Position numbers and translations under genes: made by a program
NCBI GenBank assembly: GCA_966111775.1
Contig: CBHWBD010000003.1
Coordinates: 2,300-66,299 of the forward strand
Length of the DNA stretch: 64,000 bases
Origin: an uncultured Comamonadaceae bacterium
Lineage (GTDB): Bacteria; Pseudomonadota; Gammaproteobacteria; Burkholderiales; Burkholderiaceae_C
Reading direction: 5' to 3'
In this document: in pieces, positions 1 to 9,151 of the stretch
Position numbering within the stretch: the first letter of the stretch is position 1
Layout of the letters: each line of letters begins with the position of its first letter
The notes under the pieces: model-generated
What the model was told of the DNA's origin: nothing
Databases searched by the model: none
What the model saw: the letters and a program-made list of their open reading frames with translations, nothing else

Positions 1-868
1 GCCCTTTGCCGGCACGACCGAAGCCCTGATGTACAAGGTCGTCAACGACATGCCCCAGCCACCGTCGACGGTGGAAGGCGTGGAGCGCCCCGGCTGGTTC
101 GACGCCATCATCGCCCGCGCCCTGGCCAAGCGCCCGGACGATCGCTATGCCACCGCCGAGGAATTCAAGCAGGCGCTGACCGCCGGCATCGGCCAGGTCA
201 TCGACGACTCGTCCTGGGAAAAGACCGTCATGCTGGCGCCGGCACGCGCCAAACCCGCCCAGCCCCTGGCCACGCCGACGCATGCGCCGCAGTCGCTGTC
301 GGGCACCTCTCTGCCCGGCACGGCCGGTTCGGTGGGCTCGGTCGGTACCGCCAGTGCGCCGACGCCCTCGCACTGGGACAAGGCCCAGCTCAACCAGGCC
401 GAGATGACGTTGGCCCGGCATGTCGGCCCGCTGGCCAGCGTGCTGGTGCGCCGCGCCGCGCGTGAATGCCACGACATCAACGAGCTCTACAACAAGCTCG
501 CCGAGCAGGTGACCGACCCGCGTGCCCGCGACGCCTTCCTGGGCCAGGCCAGCCTGGTCACCGGCGGCCACCACCACCGCACGGCGGGCGGTGGCACGGC
601 CGGTTCGCCTTCTTCTCACGGCAGCTCCAAGGGCGCCACCGCAGGTTCTGCCGGGGGCACCATGATTGGCGGCCCGCTGAACGAAGCCGTCATGGACAAG
701 GCCCAGGTCGTGCTGGGCAGGTACGTCGGCCCCATCGCCAAGGTGCTGATCAAGCGTGCCGCCGCCGGCACGGACAGCCGGGCCGTGTTCTTCAACCGGC
801 TCGCCGAGGCTGTCAACGACCCGGCAGCCCGCGCCAAGCTGCTGGCCGAGCTGAGCCGTCTCTCCTGA
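1..868 (+). CDS. Ser/Thr protein kinase, C-terminal part (5'-truncated by window), with two repeated helical domains
   Basis: Kinase subdomain X-XI end (PFAG..., IIARALAKRPDDRY); two copies of an LARHVGPLASVLVRRAA / LGRYVGPIAKVLIKRAA domain. Confidence 0.8.
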   Translation, partial: PFAGTTEALMYKVVNDMPQPPSTVEGVERPGWFDAIIARALAKRPDDRYATAEEFKQALTAGIGQVIDDSSWEKTVMLAPARAKPAQPLATPTHAPQSLSGTSLPGTAGSVGSVGTASAPTPSHWDKAQLNQAEMTLARHVGPLASVLVRRAARECHDINELYNKLAEQVTDPRARDAFLGQASLVTGGHHHRTAGGGTAGSPSSHGSSKGATAGSAGGTMIGGPLNEAVMDKAQVVLGRYVGPIAKVLIKRAAAGTDSRAVFFNRLAEAVNDPAARAKLLAELSRLS

Positions 869-873
869 GCCTC

Positions 874-2895
874 TCAGCCCTGGGGGCCGGGCACCGTGGC
901 GAGGACGGCGTCCCCGGCAGCGCCTGCCTCGGACAATGCCGTGCGCAGCCGCTCGTGGCGCGCCGCGTCGCGTGCAGCCCCGTCCGCCAGCGCCATGACG
1001 CAGACCGCGCGGTTGCGGCCCGCCTGCTTGGCCAGGTAGAGGGCCTGGTCGGCCAACCCGACGGCGTCCTGCCAGCGCTGGCCCGCATGCGCCGGCCACA
1101 CGCTGGCACCGGCCGATGCCGTCACGGTCAGCGTCGTGCCATCGGGCAGCGTCACCGGCCCGCCGCCCAGCCGCGCCAGCGCCCGTGCCACCGGCCCTTC
1201 AAGCGCATCGGCCTCGCAGCCCGGCAGCATCAGCAGGAATTCCTCGCCGCCCCAGCGCACCAATGCGTCGCTGCCGCGCAGACCGTCCTGCAGCCGCCGC
1301 GCGACGGCCTGCAGCACGGCATCGCCGGTCGCATGCCCGTGACGGTCGTTGACCTGCTTGAAATGATCCACATCGAGCAGCACCAGGCCCATGGCCGCCG
1401 CCGGCTCGGCGGCCAGGCGCTGCTCCGCGTGGCGACGGTTGAAGGCGCCGGTCAGCGCGTCGCGGCTGGCCTGAGCGTCGAGCTGGTCATTGGCGACCTG
1501 CAGGCGGCGGTTGCGCCGCTGCACCTGCATCAGGCCGCGGCCAATGAGGACTCCGCCGAGCAGCAATGCAAACGCCGCCACGCCCCACGCACGCTGCTGC
1601 AGTGCGCGTGCGGTCGCCTCGGCCGTGTCACGCTGCTGCTGCACCTCCAGCCGCTCGATCTCCAGCGCGCGGCGGTCGGCGTCGAAGCGGCTCTGCTGCT
1701 CCTGGGCAGCGGTGTCGTTCTGGCGCTGCGCGACCTGCTCCAGCGACTGCTGCTGCTCGCGCAGCGTCGTGATGGCCTCGCCGTAGCGGCCGGCGGCCTC
1801 ATAGGCAATCGACAACTGCTCCAGCAGGTCCGTGGCCTCCAGCGGCATGTTCAAGCCCTGCACCGTGGCCACGCCCTCGCGCGCCAGCGCGATGCCGGCC
1901 TCGGCCTGGCCGAGGTGCACCATCGCCACACCACGGTTCACCCGCGTGAAGGCCACCATGACGGTGTCATCCAGACGACGTGCCAGCTTCTCGCCTTCCA
2001 GCGCGTGGGCGTAGGCCTTGGCATGCGTGCCGGGGTCGCCGTTGTAGTAGTGGGCGAGGTTGTTCAGGGCCACCAGCTCGGAGCCTTCGTCCTTGATGCG
2101 CCGGGCCAGGCCCAAGGCCTCCTGCAGGGCCACGAACTCGCGCCGACGGTCGTGAGTGGAGGCGTAGGCATAGCTCTGGTCAATGAGCAGCGAGACGACA
2201 TATTGCTGATTGCCGATGGCACGGGCGCGAGCCATGGCCTCGTCGAGATTCTGCAGCGCGGCACCGAAGTCGCGCCTCAGCATGTGGACGCTGGACAGCT
2301 GGTTCAGGCTGCGCAGCTTGTCCATGGGGCTGCCACTGGTGGCGGCCTGGCGAGCTGCCTCCAGGCCCGCCTGCAGCGCGGCCGCGGCATCGCCCAGGCG
2401 CTCCAGCGCCTGTGACTGGGCATAGACAACGTTGAAGCGATCCTTGGGCGAGCCGACGGGCGGCTTGGCCGCCAGCTGGGCCAGCAGCTCGCGGATGCGC
2501 GGGGAGTTGTGCTCGCCAAGGGCCTCGTACAACGACACCAGCAGCAACTCGGTGGCGCAGGGTTCGCAGCCCTCGCGGGCGGCCATCACCTGCAGCACGG
2601 CAAGCGAGGCGCGCAGGGCTGTGGCGTCCGGCACGGCGCGCGCCTGAGCGGCCACGGCGGCGTAGTAGCGCTGGCGCAGGGCCTGCGGCGCATCGTCCGG
2701 CGGCGGGCCGGCGTCACGCAGCCGCTGCAAGGCTTCGTCGGCCGGGCCGGCACCGCGCTGGTTGAAGTCGTCGAGCAACGCCTGCACGGCAGCCGTGCGC
2801 GCGGCGTCGTCCTGCGCCACAGCGAGCGGCGCGCCCAACAGCAGGGCCCAACACCCGGCCTGGAGCAACCAGCCCTGCCAGTCACCGCGCCTCAT
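874..2895 (-). CDS. TPR-containing membrane diguanylate cyclase
   Basis: Signal peptide, TPR-like helices, one TM segment, DALTG, DVDHFK, RxxD I-site, GGEEF. Confidence 0.9.
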   Translation of the reverse strand: MRRGDWQGWLLQAGCWALLLGAPLAVAQDDAARTAAVQALLDDFNQRGAGPADEALQRLRDAGPPPDDAPQALRQRYYAAVAAQARAVPDATALRASLAVLQVMAAREGCEPCATELLLVSLYEALGEHNSPRIRELLAQLAAKPPVGSPKDRFNVVYAQSQALERLGDAAAALQAGLEAARQAATSGSPMDKLRSLNQLSSVHMLRRDFGAALQNLDEAMARARAIGNQQYVVSLLIDQSYAYASTHDRRREFVALQEALGLARRIKDEGSELVALNNLAHYYNGDPGTHAKAYAHALEGEKLARRLDDTVMVAFTRVNRGVAMVHLGQAEAGIALAREGVATVQGLNMPLEATDLLEQLSIAYEAAGRYGEAITTLREQQQSLEQVAQRQNDTAAQEQQSRFDADRRALEIERLEVQQQRDTAEATARALQQRAWGVAAFALLLGGVLIGRGLMQVQRRNRRLQVANDQLDAQASRDALTGAFNRRHAEQRLAAEPAAAMGLVLLDVDHFKQVNDRHGHATGDAVLQAVARRLQDGLRGSDALVRWGGEEFLLMLPGCEADALEGPVARALARLGGGPVTLPDGTTLTVTASAGASVWPAHAGQRWQDAVGLADQALYLAKQAGRNRAVCVMALADGAARDAARHERLRTALSEAGAAGDAVLATVPGPQG

Positions 2896-3962
2896 GCGTC
2901 ACCTTCCCGGCCAGCCGGCGCGGGCCCGAGCACCTCGATCCACCGCGGGGCCGCGTCGGGACCGTCCACCTGCACCTGCAGGGCGCGGTTGCGGCCACCG
3001 GCCTTGGCGCGGTAGAGCGCGGCGTCGGCGCTCGCCAGCGCATCCGCCCAGGGCTGCTGCGCCCATGCCGGCCAGCTCACCACGCCGGCCGACACGGTGA
3101 CCGCCAGCGGCTGTGCCGTGCCGGCAACGAACGGCGATCCGGCCACGGTCGACAGCAGCCGCTCAATGAATGCCAAGGCGCCGGCATCGCTGGCGCCCGG
3201 CTTGAGCAGCAGCAGGAACTCTTCTCCGCCCCAGCGCGCAACGAGGTCGCCATCGCGGACGAGCGCGCCCAGGCGTCGGGCCAGCTCCTGCAGCACGGCG
3301 TCGCCCGCCGGATGGCCGTGGCTGTCGTTGATGCGCTTGAAGTGATCGACGTCCAGCAGCAACAGCATCGCGCCCTGCGGCACCCCCCGGGCCTGCAGGC
3401 CGTCCAGCACCTGCTGCGCATGACCGCGGTTGAACAGCTGCGTCAGCGGATCGCGCGAGCTGTGCTCCTGCAGCAGCGCGCGGTTGCCGCGCAGCAGCCG
3501 CAGCCGGCGGCGCGACAGCAGCAGCCATTGGGCCAGCACCGCACAGGCCAGCAATGCCGTGACGCCAAGCGCCACCGTCAACCGCTGGGCGGCGACCTGG
3601 GTGCCCCGTTCGGCGTCGCGCCGCTCGGCCTCCAGCCGCAGCCGCTCCAGCTGCTGACTCTGCCGTTCACTGGCAAAGCGTTCGCGCAGCGCCACGGCCA
3701 TGCGCGCGCGCTCGGCCTGCCGTTGTTCATCGGTGCGCCGCGCCAGCTCTCGCAACAGGCGCAGGGCCTGCTGGCGTTGGCCACGCTCCTCCAACTGGGC
3801 CGCCTGCCGGGCCAGCTCGCGCAGCGCGCCGGCGTCGCCGTCGGCATCGCCCACCAGCGGCGGCTCGGCCGGCGCCGTGCCGGCGATGCAGAGGGCGGCG
3901 GCGACCATCAAGCGACGGGCAAAGGGCCAGGAACATCGCGGCGGCATGCCGGGATTCTGCAT
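2892..3962 (-). CDS. Membrane diguanylate cyclase, short paralogue of the downstream gene (start uncertain, 3947-3980)
   Basis: DPLT, DVDHFK, RDGD..GGEEF; ATGA overlap with the downstream DGC. Confidence 0.85.
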   Translation of the reverse strand: MQNPGMPPRCSWPFARRLMVAAALCIAGTAPAEPPLVGDADGDAGALRELARQAAQLEERGQRQQALRLLRELARRTDEQRQAERARMAVALRERFASERQSQQLERLRLEAERRDAERGTQVAAQRLTVALGVTALLACAVLAQWLLLSRRRLRLLRGNRALLQEHSSRDPLTQLFNRGHAQQVLDGLQARGVPQGAMLLLLDVDHFKRINDSHGHPAGDAVLQELARRLGALVRDGDLVARWGGEEFLLLLKPGASDAGALAFIERLLSTVAGSPFVAGTAQPLAVTVSAGVVSWPAWAQQPWADALASADAALYRAKAGGRNRALQVQVDGPDAAPRWIEVLGPAPAGREGDA

Positions 3963-4123
3963 GGCCGGCGACGAGCGCATCGACTCGCAATGGACTCGCC
4001 CGTGAGCTTTTAGGCGCTGCCCCCCGTGCGCTGACCTCAGCCTCGTGAATATCCCCCCCGGGGCCGGTCCGGTCCCCGTGGCAACATCGCGCCCGTTTTC
4101 CGCGTACTCCGAAATCCCACACC

Positions 4124-4744
4124 ATGAAGAAAACCGCACTGTCCGCCGCACTCGCTCTGGCCACCCTGTTGATCGCGCCGCTCGCGTCGGCCCAGGACAT
4201 CCGCGCCGTCACGGAAGACGGACGCCGCGTGCTGCTGGGCGCGGATGGCAAATGGCGCTTCGATGCCAAGGCCCGTCCGGGCAGCGCCACCGTCACGGAA
4301 GGCGGATCGCCCTACCAGACGTCGGTGAAGAAGATCACGCTGAACTTCAACACCGCCGAGTGGATGCTGACCGCCAAGCGCGACGGCGAGGCCTCCAACA
4401 AGCGGCTGTTCCAGCACCGCAACCTGCCCATCTACGCCATGGTCATCGCCGACGAACTGCCGGCCAGCAACGAGTCGCTGAAGGCCGCCATCTTCAGCAA
4501 CGCGTCGTCGGGCGGCTTCACGACGACCACGCTGATCGACCAGTCCAAGCAGCTCTCCGGACACCAGATTGGCGAAGTTCGTTTCGCTGCCGCCAACAAG
4601 AGCGGCATGGAATTCGTCTTCTCGTCCTACTACTACGCCGACGAAGACGGCAATGTGCAACTGATGTGCTACACGGCGCAGTCGCTGTTCCACAAATACC
4701 AGGCCGAGTGCGAGAAGCTGCTGAACGGCTTGTCGATCAAGTAG
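4124..4744 (+). CDS. Secreted hypothetical protein
   Basis: Signal peptide MKKTALSAAL...ASA; TEDGRRVLL..DGKW motif; host-like codon usage. Confidence 0.75.
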   Translation: MKKTALSAALALATLLIAPLASAQDIRAVTEDGRRVLLGADGKWRFDAKARPGSATVTEGGSPYQTSVKKITLNFNTAEWMLTAKRDGEASNKRLFQHRNLPIYAMVIADELPASNESLKAAIFSNASSGGFTTTTLIDQSKQLSGHQIGEVRFAAANKSGMEFVFSSYYYADEDGNVQLMCYTAQSLFHKYQAECEKLLNGLSIK

Positions 4745-5645
4745 GGCCCGCGTCGACGCGGCGGTAGACGGCCACCTTCAGGCTGCGGTCCGGCGACGCG
4801 TCGGCGAACGCCGCGGGATTGGCCACCCGCTCCACGAACTGCAGCTCCGGTGCGCCCTCGGCCACGGCGTCGCGCAGGAAGTCCAGGCCCAGCTCGGGCG
4901 CATTCAGGCACAGCAGCGCCTGCCCGCCCGGTGCCAGCAGGGCCGGCAGGCGCCGGGCGAGCCGCAGATAGTCCTTGGTCGCGACAAAGCTGCCCTTCTG
5001 GAAGCTGGGCGGGTCGCAGATGACGAGGTCGTAGGGGCCCCCGCGCGTCAGCTTGCCCCAGGAGTTGAAGATGTCGTGGGCCAGGAACTTGGCGCCGGCC
5101 TTCACGCCGTTGAGTTCATGGTTGCTGCGGCCGATGGCGAGCGCCCCTGACGCCATGTCCACATTGACCACCTCGGCCGCGCCGGCCTGCAGCGCGACGA
5201 CCGAGAAGGCGCAGGTGTAGGCGAACAGGTTGAGCACCTTGGCGCCCGGCTGCACGTGCTCGCGCACCCAGCGCCGGCCCTCGGCCATGTCGAGAAACAG
5301 ACCGTGGTTCTGGCCGCGCAGCAGGTGGACGATGTAGCGCGCACCGGCCTCGGTGACGACATGCGGCTCGGGCACGGCGCCTGCCATCAACCGTGTTTCG
5401 GCGCCCTCGCCGCGGCACTGGTAGATCCAGGGAGCATCGGGCCAGCGCGCGATCAGCGCGGCGGCAACGGCGGCGAGCTCGTCCTCGGTCAACGGCTTGA
5501 AGCTGGTCAGCAGCAGCAGCGGTGGATAGGCATCCAGCGCGAGGTGCTCGCAGCCGGGGTACAGGCCGCCGCGTCCATGAAAGATCCGTCGGGCGTCTTG
5601 AGGAAGTTCCGCCGTCGCGGCGATGGCATCGAGCAGGGCTTGCAT
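4737..5645 (-). CDS. Class I SAM-dependent methyltransferase (RlmI/RlmK-like)
   Basis: GLFLD, VLNLFAYTCAFS and DPPSF motifs. Confidence 0.9.
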   Translation of the reverse strand: MQALLDAIAATAELPQDARRIFHGRGGLYPGCEHLALDAYPPLLLLTSFKPLTEDELAAVAAALIARWPDAPWIYQCRGEGAETRLMAGAVPEPHVVTEAGARYIVHLLRGQNHGLFLDMAEGRRWVREHVQPGAKVLNLFAYTCAFSVVALQAGAAEVVNVDMASGALAIGRSNHELNGVKAGAKFLAHDIFNSWGKLTRGGPYDLVICDPPSFQKGSFVATKDYLRLARRLPALLAPGGQALLCLNAPELGLDFLRDAVAEGAPELQFVERVANPAAFADASPDRSLKVAVYRRVDAGPT

Positions 5646-5677
5646 GGGCCGTCATTGTCGAGTCCAGAATGCCGCTC

Positions 5678-6592
5678 ATGGACTTCCAGCTCATGCTCGA
5701 CGAGATCAACGACGAACTGCGACCGCAGCTGGCCACGGCCGGCGGCAAGGTGGCCAGCTACATCCCGGCGCTGGCGCGGGTGTCGCCGCTGCAGTTCGGC
5801 ATCGCGCTGCGCACCTGCTCCGGCGAGACGGCCGCTGCCGGCGACAGCGCCACGCCCTTCTCCATCCAGAGCATGTCCAAGGTGTTCTCGCTGACGCTGG
5901 CCATCCGAGCCCTGGGCGAGGCCATGTGGGATCGCATCGGCCGCGAGCCCTCGGGCAGCCCCTTCAATTCGCTGGTGCAGTTGGAGTCGGAGCGCGGCAT
6001 CCCGCGCAACCCCTTCATCAATGCCGGTGCGATCGCCGTGGCGGACCGGCTGGTCTCGCAGGGCGACGCCAAGGTCGAACTGCTGGCGCTGTTGGGCCGG
6101 CTTTGCGGCGAAGCCGTCCACATCGACGCGGAAGTCGCGCAGTCGGAAGCCGACACGGGTTTCCGCAACACGGCGCTGGCCAATTTCATGAAGGCCTTCG
6201 GCACGCTGGACAACGAGGTGGCCACGGTGCTTGACGTCTACTTCAACCAGTGCGCCATTGCGATGAGCTGCGAGCAGGTGGCCTGCGCCGCCGGCTTTCT
6301 GTGCCGCGATGGCCGGCATCCGCTGGCCGGCACGCCGGTGCTGAGCGAGGCGCAGACGCGGCGCGTCAATGCGCTGATGCTGACCTGCGGCACCTACGAT
6401 GCGGCCGGCGAGTTCGCCTTCCGCATCGGCCTGCCCTGCAAGAGCGGCGTCGGCGGCGGCATCGTCGCCGTCGTGCCCGACCGACTCAGCCTGTGCGTCT
6501 GGTCGCCGGCGCTGGACCCGACGGGGAACTCGCTGCTGGGCCGCCGGGCGCTGGAGCTCTTCGTCGCGAAGACGGGGCTATCGGTGTTCTGA
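5678..6592 (+). CDS. glsA: Glutaminase
   Basis: YIPALA, SIQSMSK catalytic motif, GREPSG, KSGVGGG. Confidence 0.92.
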   Translation: MDFQLMLDEINDELRPQLATAGGKVASYIPALARVSPLQFGIALRTCSGETAAAGDSATPFSIQSMSKVFSLTLAIRALGEAMWDRIGREPSGSPFNSLVQLESERGIPRNPFINAGAIAVADRLVSQGDAKVELLALLGRLCGEAVHIDAEVAQSEADTGFRNTALANFMKAFGTLDNEVATVLDVYFNQCAIAMSCEQVACAAGFLCRDGRHPLAGTPVLSEAQTRRVNALMLTCGTYDAAGEFAFRIGLPCKSGVGGGIVAVVPDRLSLCVWSPALDPTGNSLLGRRALELFVAKTGLSVF

Positions 6593-7588
6593 GTCCTGGC
6601 GCCAGCGTTCCGGCGAGGAGCCCGTCCAACCCTGGAAGGCGCGAAAAAAGGAGTTGGGATCCTCGAAGCCGAGCAGGAAGGAAATCTCGGCATGCGAGAG
6701 CCGCGTCTGCGCCAGGTAGTGGCGGGCCAGGCCGGCGCGGATGTCGGCGACCAGGGCCTGGAAGTTCAGCCCTTCTTCGCCCAGGCGACGCTGCAGCGTG
6801 CGCCGGCTCATTGCCAGCCGCGACGCCACGGCATCGATGCCGGACTGGCCACCGGGCAGGGATTCGAGCAGCAGTGCGCGCACCCGCTCGCCGACGGTCG
6901 CCGACGCATCCAGCTCGGCCAGGCGACGGCGCAACTCGGGCTCGAAGACGCGCCACATGGCGTCGCTGGCCGTCAGGAAGGGGCGCTCCACATCGGCCGC
7001 CGCAAAGGCGATGGCCGGCGGCCCACCGATGTCGATTGCACAACCGAACCAGGCTTCGAAATCGGCCAGCGGCTCGGGCCGTGCGGGCAGGCAAAGCTGC
7101 AAGGCAGGCAGCGGCTCGCGCGTGCCCAGCCGCCCGAGGCGCAGCAAGAAGGCGAGTTCGCCGACCAGCAGCGACAGCGGCGGCCCCTGCGACACCGCCA
7201 GCCAGCGCGGGCGCACGGCGAGCCTGCCGTCGGCGCCGGGCTGCAGGTCCAGGGCCATCGGCGCCACGAGGCGTTTGTGATGTGCCAGGCGTTGCAGCGC
7301 CGAGGCGAGATCGGGGCTGCACAGGGCGGCGAACAGCGGCGGCGAGAAAACCTCCGTGCTGAGGGCATCGACCAGGCGCAGCGGGAACAGCGGATCGCCC
7401 ACGGCCTCCTCCAGCGCCTGCCAGAGCCGGAAATAGCCGGCGGTGTCCAACCCGGCCTGGGGCCGGCTCAGCAGGTCATCGGGCAGGCCCGCACGGCGCA
7501 GCACGTCGGCCGGGCGCAGGCCCAGGTCACGCATCAGCGTCGCCCAGCCGGCCTCGACCAGGAAGAGCTTGGGCGACGGCGTGCTCAT
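6578..7588 (-). CDS. AraC-family transcriptional regulator
   Basis: C-terminal HTH (LAMSRRTLQRRL; LLGFEDPNSFFRAF). Confidence 0.9.
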   Translation of the reverse strand: MSTPSPKLFLVEAGWATLMRDLGLRPADVLRRAGLPDDLLSRPQAGLDTAGYFRLWQALEEAVGDPLFPLRLVDALSTEVFSPPLFAALCSPDLASALQRLAHHKRLVAPMALDLQPGADGRLAVRPRWLAVSQGPPLSLLVGELAFLLRLGRLGTREPLPALQLCLPARPEPLADFEAWFGCAIDIGGPPAIAFAAADVERPFLTASDAMWRVFEPELRRRLAELDASATVGERVRALLLESLPGGQSGIDAVASRLAMSRRTLQRRLGEEGLNFQALVADIRAGLARHYLAQTRLSHAEISFLLGFEDPNSFFRAFQGWTGSSPERWRQDSEHR

Positions 7589-8403
7589 TTCACTTGGCTG
7601 AGGATGAGGCGGTCGTAGGCCCGATCGCCGAACCATTTGCGGACGAACATCAGCGGCCGTGCGAACTTGCCCGCGACATAGCGTGTGGCCGGCCGGCGCG
7701 CCTGCACGGCCTTGGCGATGGCATCGACAACGACGGACGGCGGCGACAGCGACTCCGGCTTGTCATAGGACTCGCGCGTCGCGCGGGCCACGGCCTGGGC
7801 CAACGCACGGTAGGGACCACTGCCGGAGCGCTTGAGCAGGGGCTCCAGCATGACTTCACCGAACTCGGTCGCGATGACGCCCGGCTCGATGACGACGACG
7901 GCTATGCCGAAGGCCGCCAGCTCCAGGCGCAGGCAGTCGCTCCAGCCCTCGACGGCATGCTTGGTGGCGTGATACCAGGCGCCCAGCGGCGTGTAGATGC
8001 GCCCGCCCATGGAGGAGAGGTTGATGATCTTGCCGGCGCCCTTGGCCCGCATAGCCGGCAGCAGCAACTGGGTCAGCCGCGCCATGCCGAAGAGGTTGAC
8101 CTCGAACTGGTAGCGGGCGTCTTCCAGCGGCATGTCCTCGACAGCGCCGAACAGCCCGAAGCCGGCGTTGTTGACAAGCACGTCGACGCCGCCGTGGCTG
8201 CGGGTGATCTGCTCGACCGCGGCCACGATGTCCTCGTCGCGAGTGATGTCCATCTTCAGCGCGATGGCGCCTGCAGCCTGCAGGTCCTGCATCTGCTCGA
8301 CGCGTCGGGCGGCCACGTAGACGGTGTAGCCCAGTTGCAGCAGGCGCCTGGCGGTGTCCTTGCCCATGCCGGACGACGCGCCGGTGACGAGAGCGATGCT
8401 CAT
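7585..8403 (-). CDS. Short-chain dehydrogenase/reductase
   Basis: TGASSGMG, NNAG, YHATK. Confidence 0.92.
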   Translation of the reverse strand: MSIALVTGASSGMGKDTARRLLQLGYTVYVAARRVEQMQDLQAAGAIALKMDITRDEDIVAAVEQITRSHGGVDVLVNNAGFGLFGAVEDMPLEDARYQFEVNLFGMARLTQLLLPAMRAKGAGKIINLSSMGGRIYTPLGAWYHATKHAVEGWSDCLRLELAAFGIAVVVIEPGVIATEFGEVMLEPLLKRSGSGPYRALAQAVARATRESYDKPESLSPPSVVVDAIAKAVQARRPATRYVAGKFARPLMFVRKWFGDRAYDRLILSQVK

Positions 8404-8473
8404 GAAATTCCTTGCGAATACCGGGGACCGGCGACACCTTCAGTGTGCAGCCCTGCCCGGCGCGTCAGACTCG

Positions 8474-8507
8474 CAAAGTGCGCCAAACCTCCAACCAAAG
8501 ATGCCAA
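8474..8507 (-). promoter_or_regulatory. Putative AraC-type direct-repeat operator upstream of SDR-araC
   Basis: CAAAGTGCGCCAA and CAAAGATGCCAA about 22 bp apart. Confidence 0.35.
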
Positions 8508-8542
8508 CCCGGCGCCATCCGGCGCCAAGCCGTCTCGCCAGA

Positions 8543-9151
8543 TCAGCTCGCGTATTTCACCGAGCAGCCGTAGGGCCGCGTCGACGCCTTCTCGACCTTG
8601 CGACCCGCGGCCACGGCCGCCAGGGCTTCGGTCACATAAGGCTCAGCCTTGGCGACGTCGGCCTTGTCGGATGTCGCGATGCTGTCGATGCCGCCCTTGT
8701 AGGCCAGGGTGCCATCGGCCTTGATGACGTACATATGCGGTGTCGTCTGCGCGCCGTAGAGCCTGCCCAGTTCGCCCTTGGGATCAAGCAGCGTCGCGGT
8801 CGGCACGGCACCCCGATCGGTGTTGAGCTTCTGCGCCACCGCACCGTCGACGAAGCCCTGCTGGCCGGGCGCCGACGAGATCACCTGCAGCCACACCACG
8901 CCCTGCGCTGTCGCGGCCTTCTGCTGGGTCTGCATATTGCCGCTGCCGTAGTGCTTCCTCACGAAGGGGCAGTCGTGGTTGGTCCACTCCAGCACCACGG
9001 TCTTGCCCTTGTAGTCGGCCAGGTTGACGGTCTTGCCATCGGCCGTCGTGGCGGTGAAGGCCGGCGCCGGCGCGTCGACGGTGGCGGTGGCGTGGGCCAG
9101 CACCGGCAAAGAGATCAGGGCGGCGAGCAGGCTGCGGCGAAGCAAGGTCAT
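8543..9151 (-). CDS. Exported redoxin/thioredoxin-fold protein (AhpC/TSA-like)
   Basis: Signal peptide, WTNHDCPFV, TPHMYVI, PYGCSVKY. Confidence 0.88.
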   Translation of the reverse strand: MTLLRRSLLAALISLPVLAHATATVDAPAPAFTATTADGKTVNLADYKGKTVVLEWTNHDCPFVRKHYGSGNMQTQQKAATAQGVVWLQVISSAPGQQGFVDGAVAQKLNTDRGAVPTATLLDPKGELGRLYGAQTTPHMYVIKADGTLAYKGGIDSIATSDKADVAKAEPYVTEALAAVAAGRKVEKASTRPYGCSVKYAS

